Under the pieces are notes generated by a model. The model made no database searches. It was given only the letters and a program-made list of their open reading frames with translations, and had not been told where the DNA came from. From positions 494,564-558,563 of the forward strand of contig JBAZNP010000001.1 in NCBI GenBank assembly GCA_041649155.1: 64,000 nt of DNA, written 5' to 3'. Below, in pieces: positions 17,630 to 27,587 of the stretch. The position numbers were made by a program, and so were the translations under genes. This DNA comes from Patescibacteria group bacterium (lineage in GTDB: Bacteria > Patescibacteriota > UBA1384 > XYA2-FULL-43-10 > 1-14-0-10-43-13). Positions within the stretch are counted from its first letter, which is position 1. Each line of letters opens with the position of its first letter.

Positions 17630-19564
17630 ATGGATATTTTTGGAAATTTTTCTAAGTTAAAGGGCGATAAGAACAAGAGACGAATTCATAAAAAAGTCGA
17701 ACTAGATTATTCTTATTCTGAAACTGTTCTGAACTCAGTTGGCAAAGTGGAAGATAAGAGTTCGGCATCGACATCGTCCGGCAACATGAAAGCGCTTTTG
17801 CTTCTGTTTTTTTGTATATTGGGCGCAAGACTTTTTTTTCTTCAGGTGGTGAAAGGGGAATCAAATCAAAAGTTGGCTGAGGGTAATAGGGTGAGACCGA
17901 GAGTGATAGAATCAACAAGGGGGATTATTACTGATAAAGACGGGGTGTGGCTGGCCAGAAATGAACCGAACTTTGCTTTGGCTGTCTATCCTTCTGATCT
18001 ACCGAAAACTAAACCGGAACGTGAGGCGGTGTATGATAAACTATCAGAGATATCTGGAGAAACCGCTCAAGAGATAAAATCTTCTTCGGAGGAAAACGGT
18101 CTTTTGTCTCTTGATATGGTAACGATCAAGGACAATGTGTCTCATGACGACGCTTTAATTCTAGAGAAGAAGATAGCGGACCTACCAGGCGTTATTGTGG
18201 CAAAAAAAGCCAGTAGGGAATATACTATTTTACCAGGACTGGCTCACATACTGGGATATACAGGAAAAATTTCTCCGGAAGACATTGAAAATAACCCTGA
18301 TTATTTTCTATCGGATCGTGTTGGGAAAACCGGACTTGAGTACGAGTATGAAGAGTATCTACGCGGTAAACATGGTGTTGAACAGATTGAGGTTAATTCC
18401 AAAGGCAGTATTGTTAGGGTCCTGGTTCAGGATGGAAGTCGTGAACCGGTACCAGGTTATGATCTCTCTCTTTATCTTGATCGTGGTCTTCAGCAAAAAA
18501 CGGGTGACGCGTTAAAAAACGGAATTGAAGAAGCAAAAAAAATAACCGGTGATACTTCCATTAATTCTGGCGTGGCCATGGTTATGGACGTTAACTCGGG
18601 TGGAATTTTATCAATGGTTTCTTTGCCGGATTATGACAATAATCTTTTTTCGACCCAGATATCCTCGGCTGATTATCAGAAATTGATCAGTGATGAATCT
18701 TATCCGATGTTTGACAGGGCAACTAAAGGTACTTACCCACCGGGTTCGATTGTCAAAATTGTGATGGCTGCTGCTGGTTTGTCTGAAAAGGTGATCACGC
18801 CAAATACTTCATTTGATACTCCTTCTGAAATAAAAATTGGTGACTACACTTTTCCGGACTGGAAGGACCACGGTGTTACCGACATTGAAACGGCAATTGC
18901 GGAATCGAATAACATATTCTTTTATAGTATAGGTGGGGGCTACGATAAGATAAAAGGGATTGGCATAGACAGTATTAAAAAATATTGGGAACTTTTTGGC
19001 CTAGGAGAAAAAACGGGAGTAGATTTGCCTAACGAAGCGGAGGGTTTGCTTCCTGATTCGGAATGGAAAGAGAAGGTCAAGGGTGAACCTTGGTATATTG
19101 GCGATACCTATCATGTATCGATCGGTCAGGGTGATCTCTTGGTTACTCCAATTCAAATGTTAAGGGCAACTGCCACTATTGCGAATGGGGGGACATTATT
19201 GCAGCCTCAGCTTGTTCAAAAAATTAAAGACCAGGAAGGTAATATAGTAAAAGAGTTCGGACCAAGGGTAGAGAGAGAGAATTTTATTAGCTCTGATATT
19301 ATAAAGACAATTCAGGAGGGAATGAGATTAACTATTACTGGCGGTTCGGCCAAAAATTTGAATGATTTGCCTGTCTCAGTAGCTGGCAAGACGGGTACAG
19401 CTCAGTTTTTAAACAATCAGAAAACTCATGCATGGTTTGAATGTTATGCTCCATATGAAAATCCTGAAATTGCCATCGTAGTGTTAATCGATGGCGGCGG
19501 CGGCGGCCATGAAATTGCCGCTCCGGTGGCAAAGGAGATTTTAAACTATTATTTTACGAGATAA
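17630..19564 (+). CDS. mrdA: penicillin-binding protein 2 (transpeptidase)
   Basis: SxxK (GSIVK), SNN (ESNNIFF), KTG (AGKTGTAQ). Start ATG at 17630 is in-frame inside ORF 17543. Confidence 0.85.
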   Translation: MDIFGNFSKLKGDKNKRRIHKKVELDYSYSETVLNSVGKVEDKSSASTSSGNMKALLLLFFCILGARLFFLQVVKGESNQKLAEGNRVRPRVIESTRGIITDKDGVWLARNEPNFALAVYPSDLPKTKPEREAVYDKLSEISGETAQEIKSSSEENGLLSLDMVTIKDNVSHDDALILEKKIADLPGVIVAKKASREYTILPGLAHILGYTGKISPEDIENNPDYFLSDRVGKTGLEYEYEEYLRGKHGVEQIEVNSKGSIVRVLVQDGSREPVPGYDLSLYLDRGLQQKTGDALKNGIEEAKKITGDTSINSGVAMVMDVNSGGILSMVSLPDYDNNLFSTQISSADYQKLISDESYPMFDRATKGTYPPGSIVKIVMAAAGLSEKVITPNTSFDTPSEIKIGDYTFPDWKDHGVTDIETAIAESNNIFFYSIGGGYDKIKGIGIDSIKKYWELFGLGEKTGVDLPNEAEGLLPDSEWKEKVKGEPWYIGDTYHVSIGQGDLLVTPIQMLRATATIANGGTLLQPQLVQKIKDQEGNIVKEFGPRVERENFISSDIIKTIQEGMRLTITGGSAKNLNDLPVSVAGKTGTAQFLNNQKTHAWFECYAPYENPEIAIVVLIDGGGGGHEIAAPVAKEILNYYFTR

Positions 19565-19573
19565 CCATAAGGT

Positions 19574-19661
19574 GTCATTGCGATATCATGAAATGAAGAA
19601 GCAATCTATTTTATTCAAAGATTGCTTCGTCTCCAGTAAGAACTGGATGACTCGCAATGAC
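19574..19661 (+). repeat. palindromic element family 1 variant (GTCATTGCGA...TCGCAATGAC), copy M
   Basis: Inverted termini plus an internal hairpin GAAGCAATC...GATTGCTTC. Confidence 0.65.
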
Positions 19662-19675
19662 ATAGTTGCGTGCAC

Positions 19676-19705
19676 CATTGACAAAAATTGATCAAATAGG
19701 GTAGT
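19676..19705 (+). promoter_or_regulatory. putative promoter for greA (TTGACA-N18-TAGTAT)
   Basis: Hexamers read directly. Confidence 0.35.
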
Positions 19706-19774
19706 ATTCTGATGTTACTTGTTAAGTTGCACAAGATTTATATGCTTGTGTATTTATTTTTTCGGGGGTATACC

Positions 19775-20227
19775 ATGAGCAACATTTTAACCAAAGAGGG
19801 GCTAGAAAAACTTAAAAAAGAGCTTGATGAAATCAAGAACGTTAAGCTCAAAGAAGTGGCTGTAAAAATCAAAGAGGCGAAAGATCTTGGCGATTTATCT
19901 GAGAATGCTGAATACCATGAAGCAAAAAATGAGCAGTCATTTTTGTATGGTAGAGCCTTGAAACTAGAGCAAAAAATTAAAGATGCACAAGTCATAGAAA
20001 AACATGCAACCAATATTGTTGAAGCTGGTGCCGTTGTTGAAGTCGAAAATGATGGCGAGAAAATGAAGTTTGAAATTGTTGGTTCAGACGAATCAGATCC
20101 TCTTAACGGTAGAATTTCAATTGATTCTCCTATTGGTTTTGCTTTAGAGGGATGCAAAGTTGGCGACAAAGTTCCTGTAACAACTCCTGGCGGAAAAACT
20201 GAATACAAGATATTAAGCATAGCTTAA
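19775..20227 (+). CDS. greA: transcription elongation factor GreA
   Basis: LTKEGLEKLKKELDEI...GDLSENAEYHEAK. RBS GGGGGT precedes the ATG at 19775. Confidence 0.9.
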   Translation: MSNILTKEGLEKLKKELDEIKNVKLKEVAVKIKEAKDLGDLSENAEYHEAKNEQSFLYGRALKLEQKIKDAQVIEKHATNIVEAGAVVEVENDGEKMKFEIVGSDESDPLNGRISIDSPIGFALEGCKVGDKVPVTTPGGKTEYKILSIA

Positions 20228-20275
20228 TATCGGTATCAAGTATTAAGTATTACGTATCAAGTATTATATAAAAAT

Positions 20276-20301
20276 CGCCCGCGATAAGTTGGGCGTTTTT
20301 T
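20276..20301 (+). terminator. rho-independent terminator after greA
   Basis: CGCCC-gcgataagtt-GGGCG followed by TTTTTT. Confidence 0.7.
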
Positions 20302-20399
20302 GTATTTCCTGTGCCTAATATCTGATACTGAATACTAGATACTGGTTTTTGGTTATGCTATAGTGAAGTCAGAAAATAGTAATATTTGCAGGCAAAAAC

Positions 20400-21872
20400 A
20401 TGAACGAAAAAATTGGTGCAACTGAAAAAGAACTAATTGAATTTAGAAAAAAGAAACTGGCCGAAATAAAGGAATTGGGATCAAACCCTTATCCTTCAAA
20501 ATCTAGCAAGGATCATTCCGCCAAAGAAATATTGAATGAGCAAAAAGAGCTCATTTCTTCTGAAAAGAAAGTCACCGTTGCAGGCCGCTTGATGGCGCTT
20601 CGCGGTCATGGCAGGCTTGTTTTCGCGGACATTGCAGATGAATCAGGAAAAATGCAGGCAGTTTTGAAAGCGGATGAATTAACTAAAGATTTTAATCTTG
20701 TTTCCATGCTTGATCTTGGTGATTTCGTTGAGGTTTCCGGCACTGTTTTTGTGACCAAAGCTGGTGAAACTTCTGTTTTGGCTTCCGGTTTAAAAATATT
20801 GTCAAAAGCATTGAGACCGCTTCCTGAAAAACGCCATGGAATTCAGGACGAAGAAACTAAATTTCGAAAGAGATACTTGGAGTTTGCCATTAGTCCTGAA
20901 TCCAGAGAAATGTTTATTAGAAAAGCGAAGTTCTGGCAGGCAACCAGAGATTTTCTTGTTGAAAGAGGATTTTTAGAAGTTGAAACTCCTGTGCTTGAAA
21001 ATACTGCAGGCGGGGCAGACGCAAATCCATTTATCACTCATCATGACGCATTGGATATTGATGTATATTTGCGAATTTCAATGGGTGAGCTTTGGCAAAA
21101 GCGTTTGATGGTTGGCGGATTTGAAAAAACCTTTGAAATTGGCCGTCAATTTAGAAATGAGGGTATTTCCAGAGAGCATTTGCAGGATTACTCCCAAATG
21201 GAATTTTATTGGGCTTATGCCAACTACGAAGATTCGATGAAATTGGTTGAAGACATGTACAAATATATTGCCGAAAAAGCGTTTGGCACTCAAAAATTCA
21301 AAATCGGAGAATTTGACGTTGATTTAAGCGGAAAATGGGAGAAAATAGATTATGCGGAGACAATTAAGTCAAAGCAGGGCATTGATGTTCTAGCAGCTAC
21401 TGACGAAGAGATCAAAAATAAGCTTTCCGAGCTTAAAGTTAAATTTAATCCAAATGATCGTCGGGGACGTTTGATCGATACGCTTTGGAAGCAAATTAGA
21501 AAAGAAATTGCTGGTCCGGTATTTTTGATAAATCATCCAGTGGAAGTATCTCCATTGGCGAAGAGAAAAGAGGATAATTCAAAGCTAGTCGAGCGCTATC
21601 AGGTAATTTTGGCTGGCTCCGAAATGGGTAATGGTTACTCGGAGTTAAACGATCCAGAAGATCAGGCAGGAAGATTTCAGGAACAGGCCAAGATGCGAGA
21701 GGCTGGTGATAAGGAAGCTCAAATGCACGATGCAGACTTTATTGAAGCTCTCGAGTATGGAATGCCACCAACAACAGGTTTTGGTTTCTCAGAGAGATTA
21801 TTTTCATTTTTAGCTGACAAGTCAGCTCGCGAAACCCAAATGTTCCCGTTGATGCGACCAGATCACAAGTGA
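20400..21872 (+). CDS. lysS: lysine--tRNA ligase (class II)
   Basis: OB-fold N-terminus, motif 2 FEIGRQFRNEG, motif 3 GMPPTTGFGFSERL. Confidence 0.9.
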   Translation: MNEKIGATEKELIEFRKKKLAEIKELGSNPYPSKSSKDHSAKEILNEQKELISSEKKVTVAGRLMALRGHGRLVFADIADESGKMQAVLKADELTKDFNLVSMLDLGDFVEVSGTVFVTKAGETSVLASGLKILSKALRPLPEKRHGIQDEETKFRKRYLEFAISPESREMFIRKAKFWQATRDFLVERGFLEVETPVLENTAGGADANPFITHHDALDIDVYLRISMGELWQKRLMVGGFEKTFEIGRQFRNEGISREHLQDYSQMEFYWAYANYEDSMKLVEDMYKYIAEKAFGTQKFKIGEFDVDLSGKWEKIDYAETIKSKQGIDVLAATDEEIKNKLSELKVKFNPNDRRGRLIDTLWKQIRKEIAGPVFLINHPVEVSPLAKRKEDNSKLVERYQVILAGSEMGNGYSELNDPEDQAGRFQEQAKMREAGDKEAQMHDADFIEALEYGMPPTTGFGFSERLFSFLADKSARETQMFPLMRPDHK

Positions 21873-21983
21873 TTTATCATTTACCATTTATCAATTTTCA
21901 TTAATTTACCATTTGAAAATTGATCATTGAAAATTTATTGATAATTGAGAACTGAGCAATGATCATTGCTCCGAAGGAGCTCT

Positions 21984-23246
21984 ATGTTAGATATAAAATT
22001 TATTAGAGAAAATGTGGAGTTAGTTAAAACGAATGCCAAAAACAGGCTTTCAACCGTTTCGATTGATGAACTTTTGGAATTGGACAGAAAGAAAAGAGAG
22101 CTAGAAACTACAATAGATACTCTTAGAGCCGAAAGAAATGCTAATTCAAAAAATAAGCCTGATTCTAAAATTATATCCAAAATGAAAGAGTTAGGACTGA
22201 AAATATCTGATTTTGAAAAAGAATTGGGTCCAATTAATGAAAAATTTCAAGACCTTCTTTTGCAGGTGCCAAACTTAACTCATCCGGAGGTTAAAGTAAG
22301 TGAGGATGAGAATGATAATGTCATACTTGAAGAAAAATTCAAACCAACAAAATTTGATTTTATTCCGTTAGATCATGTTCAATTGGCGGAAAAACTAGAC
22401 CTTATAGATTTTGAACGAGGAATAAAAGTCTCCGGAGCAAAATTTTTCTACTTTAAAAATGAAGTTGCACTTCTGGAGCTCGCGTTAACACATTATGCTA
22501 TTGATGTTGCCATGAAGCATGGTTTTACTCCTATAATCACTCCTGACTTAGCTAAGAGGGATATTTTAGACAAAATGGGCTACAATCCACGTGGCGAATC
22601 AACACAAGTCTACAATATCGAAAATTCAGATTTAAGCTTAATCGGAACGGCAGAAATTACGATGGGCGGTTATCACAAAGACGAGGTATTAAAAGAGGAA
22701 GAATTGCCTAAAAAATATGTTGCGCTTTCACATTGTTTTAGAACGGAAGCCGGAGCTTATTCAAAGTTTTCTAAGGGAATTTTCAGGGTACATCAGTTTA
22801 CTAAAGTAGAGATGTTCGAATACACGACTCCTGAAAAATCGGAAGAAGCTCACAAAGAGTTGTTGGAAATTGAGAAAGAAATATTTGAAGGATTAAAAAT
22901 TTCTTTTCGTGTTATTGACCATTGTACTGCGGATTTAGGTGCGCCATCATATAGGACATACGACTTGGAAGCTTGGATGCCAGGGAAGCCGAACAGGGAA
23001 GGGAAACTTGGTGATTGGGCTGAGATTACTTCGACTTCAAATTGTACCGACTATCAAGCTCGTGGTCTGAATATTAAATATCAAACAAAAGATGGTGTAA
23101 AAAAATATTTGCATATGATCAACGGTACATCGATCGCAATGACGAGACCGATCATTGCAATACTGGAGAATTTTCAGCAAAAAGATGGTAGTATAGAAAT
23201 TCCGGAAGTTTTACATAAGTATTTATCGTTTAAAAAAATTGGTTAA
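21984..23246 (+). CDS. serS: serine--tRNA ligase
   Basis: MLDIKFIREN... coiled-coil N-terminus, class II core. RBS AAGGAG. Confidence 0.9.
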   Translation: MLDIKFIRENVELVKTNAKNRLSTVSIDELLELDRKKRELETTIDTLRAERNANSKNKPDSKIISKMKELGLKISDFEKELGPINEKFQDLLLQVPNLTHPEVKVSEDENDNVILEEKFKPTKFDFIPLDHVQLAEKLDLIDFERGIKVSGAKFFYFKNEVALLELALTHYAIDVAMKHGFTPIITPDLAKRDILDKMGYNPRGESTQVYNIENSDLSLIGTAEITMGGYHKDEVLKEEELPKKYVALSHCFRTEAGAYSKFSKGIFRVHQFTKVEMFEYTTPEKSEEAHKELLEIEKEIFEGLKISFRVIDHCTADLGAPSYRTYDLEAWMPGKPNREGKLGDWAEITSTSNCTDYQARGLNIKYQTKDGVKKYLHMINGTSIAMTRPIIAILENFQQKDGSIEIPEVLHKYLSFKKIG

Positions 23247-23372
23247 CTAGTTCGTTGGAGCCCTCCTTCGTTCTGGTTTAGCTCAAAACTTACAGGTTTG
23301 CAGCTAAATCTTCTCTACGGAGGGCGCGACAGGACTATTGTAAATTAACATTAAAGAGTCGCGGAGGTAATT

Positions 23373-23777
23373 ATGAAGATTGAGTTTCATACAAAAGGTG
23401 TAATTATAACGGCCAAGCAAAAGTCTTTGATGCAAAAGAAGCTTTTGAAGGTTAAAAAATATATTCCCGATGAAGAATTGATCGTAGATATTATTTTATG
23501 TGATGAAACAAGCCCAGAGAAGGGGGGAATTGATCAGGTTGTGAAATTGAGTGCTACTTTTGGTAAAGAAAAGGTCTATATTGAAGAAGCGGATAATCGG
23601 TTGATGAGAGCTTTTGCTATCGCCAATAAAAGATTTGATAGAAAACTCCAAGAATTTCATCGTGAAAAGACCGACAAAAATAAGAAAACTGGTGGTCTTC
23701 GCTGGGAAAAGGTAATGGGGGCACTAAGAATTAAGAGAAATAAAAAAGTTAATATTCAGGAAGAAGATCAAGAATAA
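23373..23777 (+). CDS. hpf: ribosome hibernation promoting factor / RaiA-like
   Basis: YfiA/HPF fold (MKIEFHTKGV...). Conserved position upstream of secA. Confidence 0.75.
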   Translation: MKIEFHTKGVIITAKQKSLMQKKLLKVKKYIPDEELIVDIILCDETSPEKGGIDQVVKLSATFGKEKVYIEEADNRLMRAFAIANKRFDRKLQEFHREKTDKNKKTGGLRWEKVMGALRIKRNKKVNIQEEDQE

Positions 23778-23789
23778 ACAGGTAAGAAA

Positions 23790-23914
23790 TAGTTAAAGTC
23801 CAAAATCCTAATTACAAATTACAAATAAAAATCTAAATTTCAAATTCTAAATTATTTGAACATTTAAGCATTTGGCATTTTATTTGAAATTAGATATTAG
23901 AGCTTAGAAATTTA
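23790..23914 (+). repeat. AT-rich intergenic repeat (same family as 2921-3000)
   Basis: aaattacaaattacaaataaaaatctaaat...ttggcattttatttgaaattagat. Confidence 0.55.
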
Positions 23915-23959
23915 TTGGGGAATTATAACTTGTTTCTTCGCCTTAAATGCAAGGAAATT

Positions 23960-26797
23960 ATGTCATTTTTAGATAAAATATTAGGTCATGCTGATAAAAA
24001 AGTTCTCTCACAATTGGGGTCTAAAGTTGAAGAAATAAACTCTTTTGAGCCGGCTTTTCAGAAATTAGCTGATAAAGAACTGAAAGATAAGACAAAAGAG
24101 TTTAGAAAAAAACTTCTTGAAGTAAAAGGTGATTACAATAAGGAAAACAAAATCAAGGAAGAAATTCTTCCTGAAGCTTTTGCTGTTATGCGAGAAGCTA
24201 TGAAGCGTGTTTGGGGGGAGCGTCATTTTGATGTGCAGATTATGGGCGGTATTGTGCTTCATCAAGGTAAAATTGCCGAGATGAAGACTGGTGAGGGAAA
24301 GACGATCGTGGCTGCTCTTTCTCTGTATCTCAATGCTTTAGCTGGCCATGGTGTTCATTTGGTCACGGTTAATGATTATTTAGCTCGACTGAACGGTGAG
24401 GGAATGGGCGAAGTCTACGACTTTTTGGGTCTTTCGACTGGCATTATTCAAAATAATCAGGAATCACATAGGTTTGTTAAAGAAAAGGACTACAAGCACT
24501 ATTCTGAGTGTGATGGAGGTAATCTAAAGCCTTGTTCCAGAACAGAGGCCTATGCCTGTGACATTACTTATGGCACGAACAATGAGTTTGGTTTTGATTA
24601 CCTAAGAGACAACATGGCTCCGGCTTTGCAATATTGCGTTCAAAGAGATTTGTATTATGCAATTGTTGATGAAGTAGACTCAATTTTAATCGATGAAGCC
24701 AGAACTCCTTTAATCATTTCGGCACCGGCGGAAGAATCAGCTAGTCTATATCAGCAATTTGCCGGACTAATACCAAAATTAAAGCCTGAAGACGACTACA
24801 TTGTTGACGAGAAAGATAGAGTGGCTACCTTGACGGACGGCGGTATTAAGAAAATGGAGCAGCTTCTTGGCGTTAAAAATATTTATGAAGCCGGTGGCAT
24901 TTCCATGGTTCATCATCTTGAGCAAGCGCTTAAAGCTCATACATTATTCAAAAAAGACAAGGACTATATTGTAAAAGACGGTGAAATTGTCATTGTCGAC
25001 GAATTCACTGGCCGTTTGATGGTCGGGCGTCGTTATTCCGAGGGGCTTCATCAGGCGATTGAAGCGAAAGAAGGAGTCGAGGTTAAACAAGAGTCGCAGA
25101 CAATGGCGACAATTTCATTCCAGAATTTATTTAGACTATATAAAAAACTGGCCGGCATGACTGGTACGGCTGCGACCGAAGCGGAAGAATTTTATAAAAT
25201 CTACAAACTTGATGTTGTTGAAATTCCGACTAATAAACCGGTTACAAGACGAGATCTTTCAGATCGGATTTACAAAAACGAAACTGGCAAATTGAAGGCG
25301 ATTGTCGATGAGGTAAAAAGTTTACAGGAAAAGGGTCAGCCGGTTTTGGTTGGAACTGTTTCCGTGCAGAAAAATGAATTAATCTCAAAAATGTTTAAGC
25401 GGGCGGGAATTAAGCACGAAGTTTTGAATGCTAAAAATCACGAACGTGAAGCAAAAATTGTCATGAAAGCTGGTCAAAAGGGAGCAGTTACGGTTGCCAC
25501 AAACATGGCTGGTCGAGGTACAGACATTAAGCTTGGAGAGGGTGTGGTTGAATTAGGCGGTCTTTTTGTCCTTGGTACCGAGCGTCATGAATCACGAAGA
25601 ATTGATAACCAGCTTCGAGGCCGAGCCGGACGACAGGGCGATCAGGGCGCTTCACAGTTTTATGTCTCAATGGACGACGATCTGATGCGTATTTTTGGTG
25701 GCGACAGAATGAAAAATTTGATGAATACTTTGGGTCTGCCCGAAGATATGCCGATTGAAAATAAAATGATTTCACGTTCGATTGAGTCATCGCAAAGAAG
25801 AGTGGAAGGGCACAATTTCGATATTCGAAAACATCTTGTTGAATATGACGACGTGATGAATAAGCACAGAGAGGTTATTTATCGAAAACGAAGAAAAATT
25901 CTTGAAGGGAATTTAGTTGAAGATGAAAGGCAGTCACCCCTTTCTTCTGTCATTTCGACTCCTCGAATTGATTCGAGGGTGGAGAAATCTCCTGTTGAAG
26001 ATCCCTCCACTTCGGTCGGGATGACAAGTAGTATTGAAGAACCTTTGACGATTAAGGACGAGGTATTGGGAATTATCGATGATGAAATCGAAGGTATCGT
26101 CAATTTAAATATTGAAGACAAAGAAAAGGCAAAAATAGAACTTGGTACATTACTTGGTGAGTCAAATGTTCCAGCTTCTTTGGATATTGAAGAGACAAAA
26201 AAAGCAGCTCGTAAGCTATATAAAGAACGGGAAGACAAATTCAGTCCGGAAGTAATGCGTAATGTTGAGAGAGCGGTTTATCTTAGAACGATTGATATTC
26301 TCTGGGTGGAACATCTAACGACGATGGACGAATTACGTACAGGCATCGGCCTTCGAGGGTATGGTCAGCGAGATCCTTTGGTTGAGTATAAACAAGAAGC
26401 TTATAGACTTTTTCAATCTCTTTTGGAAAATGTTGAGAGTTCGGTGGCTCGAATGATATTTAAGGTTGAAGTTCAAATGCCGGCGGTTACAACAGTAAGG
26501 CGTAAACCGCTTGAATATAAGGCACCGGATCCAGATGCAATCGGGGGAGTTGAAGATGAAGTAGAGGAAATTGGTCGGGAAAAGTCTGAAGTAAATTCTA
26601 ATTCTCAAATATTAAATGATAAAAATAGCAACGATGTGACTACTACAATTCGCCAAAAGGGAAAATCGGTCTATGAAAAAATGAGCGAGTATCAAACCGG
26701 TCCAAAATCTCAAGTAAAATCTGACAACAAAGTCGGCCGAAACGACCCCTGCCCATGCGGAAGCGGTAAGAAGTACAAAAAGTGTTGTGGAAAATAA
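23960..26797 (+). CDS. secA: preprotein translocase ATPase SecA (carries an in-frame palindromic-element insertion)
   Basis: DEAD-motor motifs and C-terminal zinc motif CPCGSGKKYKKCCG. Start MSFLDKILG at 23960 with RBS AAGGA. Confidence 0.9.
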   Translation: MSFLDKILGHADKKVLSQLGSKVEEINSFEPAFQKLADKELKDKTKEFRKKLLEVKGDYNKENKIKEEILPEAFAVMREAMKRVWGERHFDVQIMGGIVLHQGKIAEMKTGEGKTIVAALSLYLNALAGHGVHLVTVNDYLARLNGEGMGEVYDFLGLSTGIIQNNQESHRFVKEKDYKHYSECDGGNLKPCSRTEAYACDITYGTNNEFGFDYLRDNMAPALQYCVQRDLYYAIVDEVDSILIDEARTPLIISAPAEESASLYQQFAGLIPKLKPEDDYIVDEKDRVATLTDGGIKKMEQLLGVKNIYEAGGISMVHHLEQALKAHTLFKKDKDYIVKDGEIVIVDEFTGRLMVGRRYSEGLHQAIEAKEGVEVKQESQTMATISFQNLFRLYKKLAGMTGTAATEAEEFYKIYKLDVVEIPTNKPVTRRDLSDRIYKNETGKLKAIVDEVKSLQEKGQPVLVGTVSVQKNELISKMFKRAGIKHEVLNAKNHEREAKIVMKAGQKGAVTVATNMAGRGTDIKLGEGVVELGGLFVLGTERHESRRIDNQLRGRAGRQGDQGASQFYVSMDDDLMRIFGGDRMKNLMNTLGLPEDMPIENKMISRSIESSQRRVEGHNFDIRKHLVEYDDVMNKHREVIYRKRRKILEGNLVEDERQSPLSSVISTPRIDSRVEKSPVEDPSTSVGMTSSIEEPLTIKDEVLGIIDDEIEGIVNLNIEDKEKAKIELGTLLGESNVPASLDIEETKKAARKLYKEREDKFSPEVMRNVERAVYLRTIDILWVEHLTTMDELRTGIGLRGYGQRDPLVEYKQEAYRLFQSLLENVESSVARMIFKVEVQMPAVTTVRRKPLEYKAPDPDAIGGVEDEVEEIGREKSEVNSNSQILNDKNSNDVTTTIRQKGKSVYEKMSEYQTGPKSQVKSDNKVGRNDPCPCGSGKKYKKCCGK
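25949..26027 (+). repeat. palindromic element family 1, copy C, in-frame inside secA
   Basis: GTCATTTCGACTCC...GGTCGGGATGACAAG embedded in the continuous secA frame, encoding ...SVISTPRIDSRVEKSPVEDPSTSVGMTSS... Confidence 0.8.
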
Positions 26798-26930
26798 TGT
26801 AGTAAAAGAATAAATAAGCGGAGTCCTGCCGAAATGAAGTTTCGGTTGCGAGGTTGTAATCCTCGAACCGAACCTGAATGAAGGAGGGCGGAAGCGGCAA
26901 AAAGTATAAGAAATATTGTGGGAAGTGATA
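26798..26930 (+). repeat. hairpin insertion plus duplicated secA 3' end (mini-ORF MKEGGSGKKYKKYCGK)
   Basis: 26888-26928 is about 78% identical to the last 40 nt of secA. An 11-bp-stem hairpin TCGGTTGCGAGG..CCTCGAACCGA lies between. Confidence 0.7.
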
Positions 26931-26942
26931 TAAAGGAGGCAA

Positions 26943-27317
26943 ATGTCAGAAAATTTAAGTCCAGAATTTGAATCAAATAAAAGAATTTATAATAAATTGG
27001 TTCGTGATCAAATTCCGGAAATTATTGCTCGGGACAATGCTACTTGTGAAACACGAACAATGGAGCAGGAAGAATTTATAACTGCTCTTGCTGAAAAGTT
27101 AACAGAAGAATCAAAAGAATTTACTGAGGCTGAAGAAAAATCTGCACAGATAAAAGAGCTAGCCGATATTTCGGAAGTTATTAAGACAATCATGGCCGAA
27201 TTAGACATTGATCCCGATGAGGTAGAGGTTGTTCGCCAACAAAGACGAGATGAAAGAGGGGGATTTGAGAAAAGAATATTCTTGATCTCTACCGAGGGTG
27301 GAAACTACAAGAGTTAG
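26943..27317 (+). CDS. MazG/HisE-like nucleoside triphosphate pyrophosphohydrolase
   Basis: YNKLVRDQIPEII...ELADISEVI...RGGFEKRIFL matches the all-alpha NTP-PPase pattern. Confidence 0.65.
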   Translation: MSENLSPEFESNKRIYNKLVRDQIPEIIARDNATCETRTMEQEEFITALAEKLTEESKEFTEAEEKSAQIKELADISEVIKTIMAELDIDPDEVEVVRQQRRDERGGFEKRIFLISTEGGNYKS

Positions 27318-27360
27318 GTTAAGTTCTCTTTTTGGCGTTGATTAAGTGCGCTATGATCAT

Positions 27361-27445
27361 TTTGTAGTCCAGACTTTAGTCTGATAATTTTTTCAAGCTA
27401 AAACTTGCTCTGTATTACCGTTCGTAGTCTAAACTTTAGTTTGTC
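27361..27445 (+). promoter_or_regulatory. two 23-nt direct repeats (TTYGTAGTCYARACTTTAGTYTG) upstream of ftsE, candidate operator
   Basis: Copies at 27361-27383 and 27421-27443. Each holds the imperfect palindrome AGACTTTAGTCT. An extended -10 TGCTATAAT lies at about 27505-27513. Confidence 0.5.
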
Positions 27446-27550
27446 TTAACAAGATAAATCTTGTACTACGAACTACCTGTGGATTGGTGGGGTTGTCAAA
27501 TAGTGCTATAATGTTAAGTAGCTAATAAATGGTTATTTTAATGTTCGAAT

Positions 27551-27577
27551 GGATCCCCGATCAAGTCGGGGATGACG
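27551..27577 (+). repeat. palindromic unit GGATCCCCGATCAAGTCGGGGATGACG
   Basis: Near-identical to units at 57575-57601 and 58651-58677, and related to 35128-35152. Confidence 0.6.
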
Positions 27578-27587
27578 AGAGGGTTTG

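Noticed and set aside
19738-20220. 160-aa minus-strand ORF mirroring greA
   Set aside because: greA on the plus strand is unambiguous. The antisense translation is low-complexity S/F-rich.
25527-26976. Several minus-strand ORFs (25527..25790, 25879..26238, 26333..26608, 26643..26942, 26710..26976) opposite secA
   Set aside because: Embedded antisense in secA. No support.
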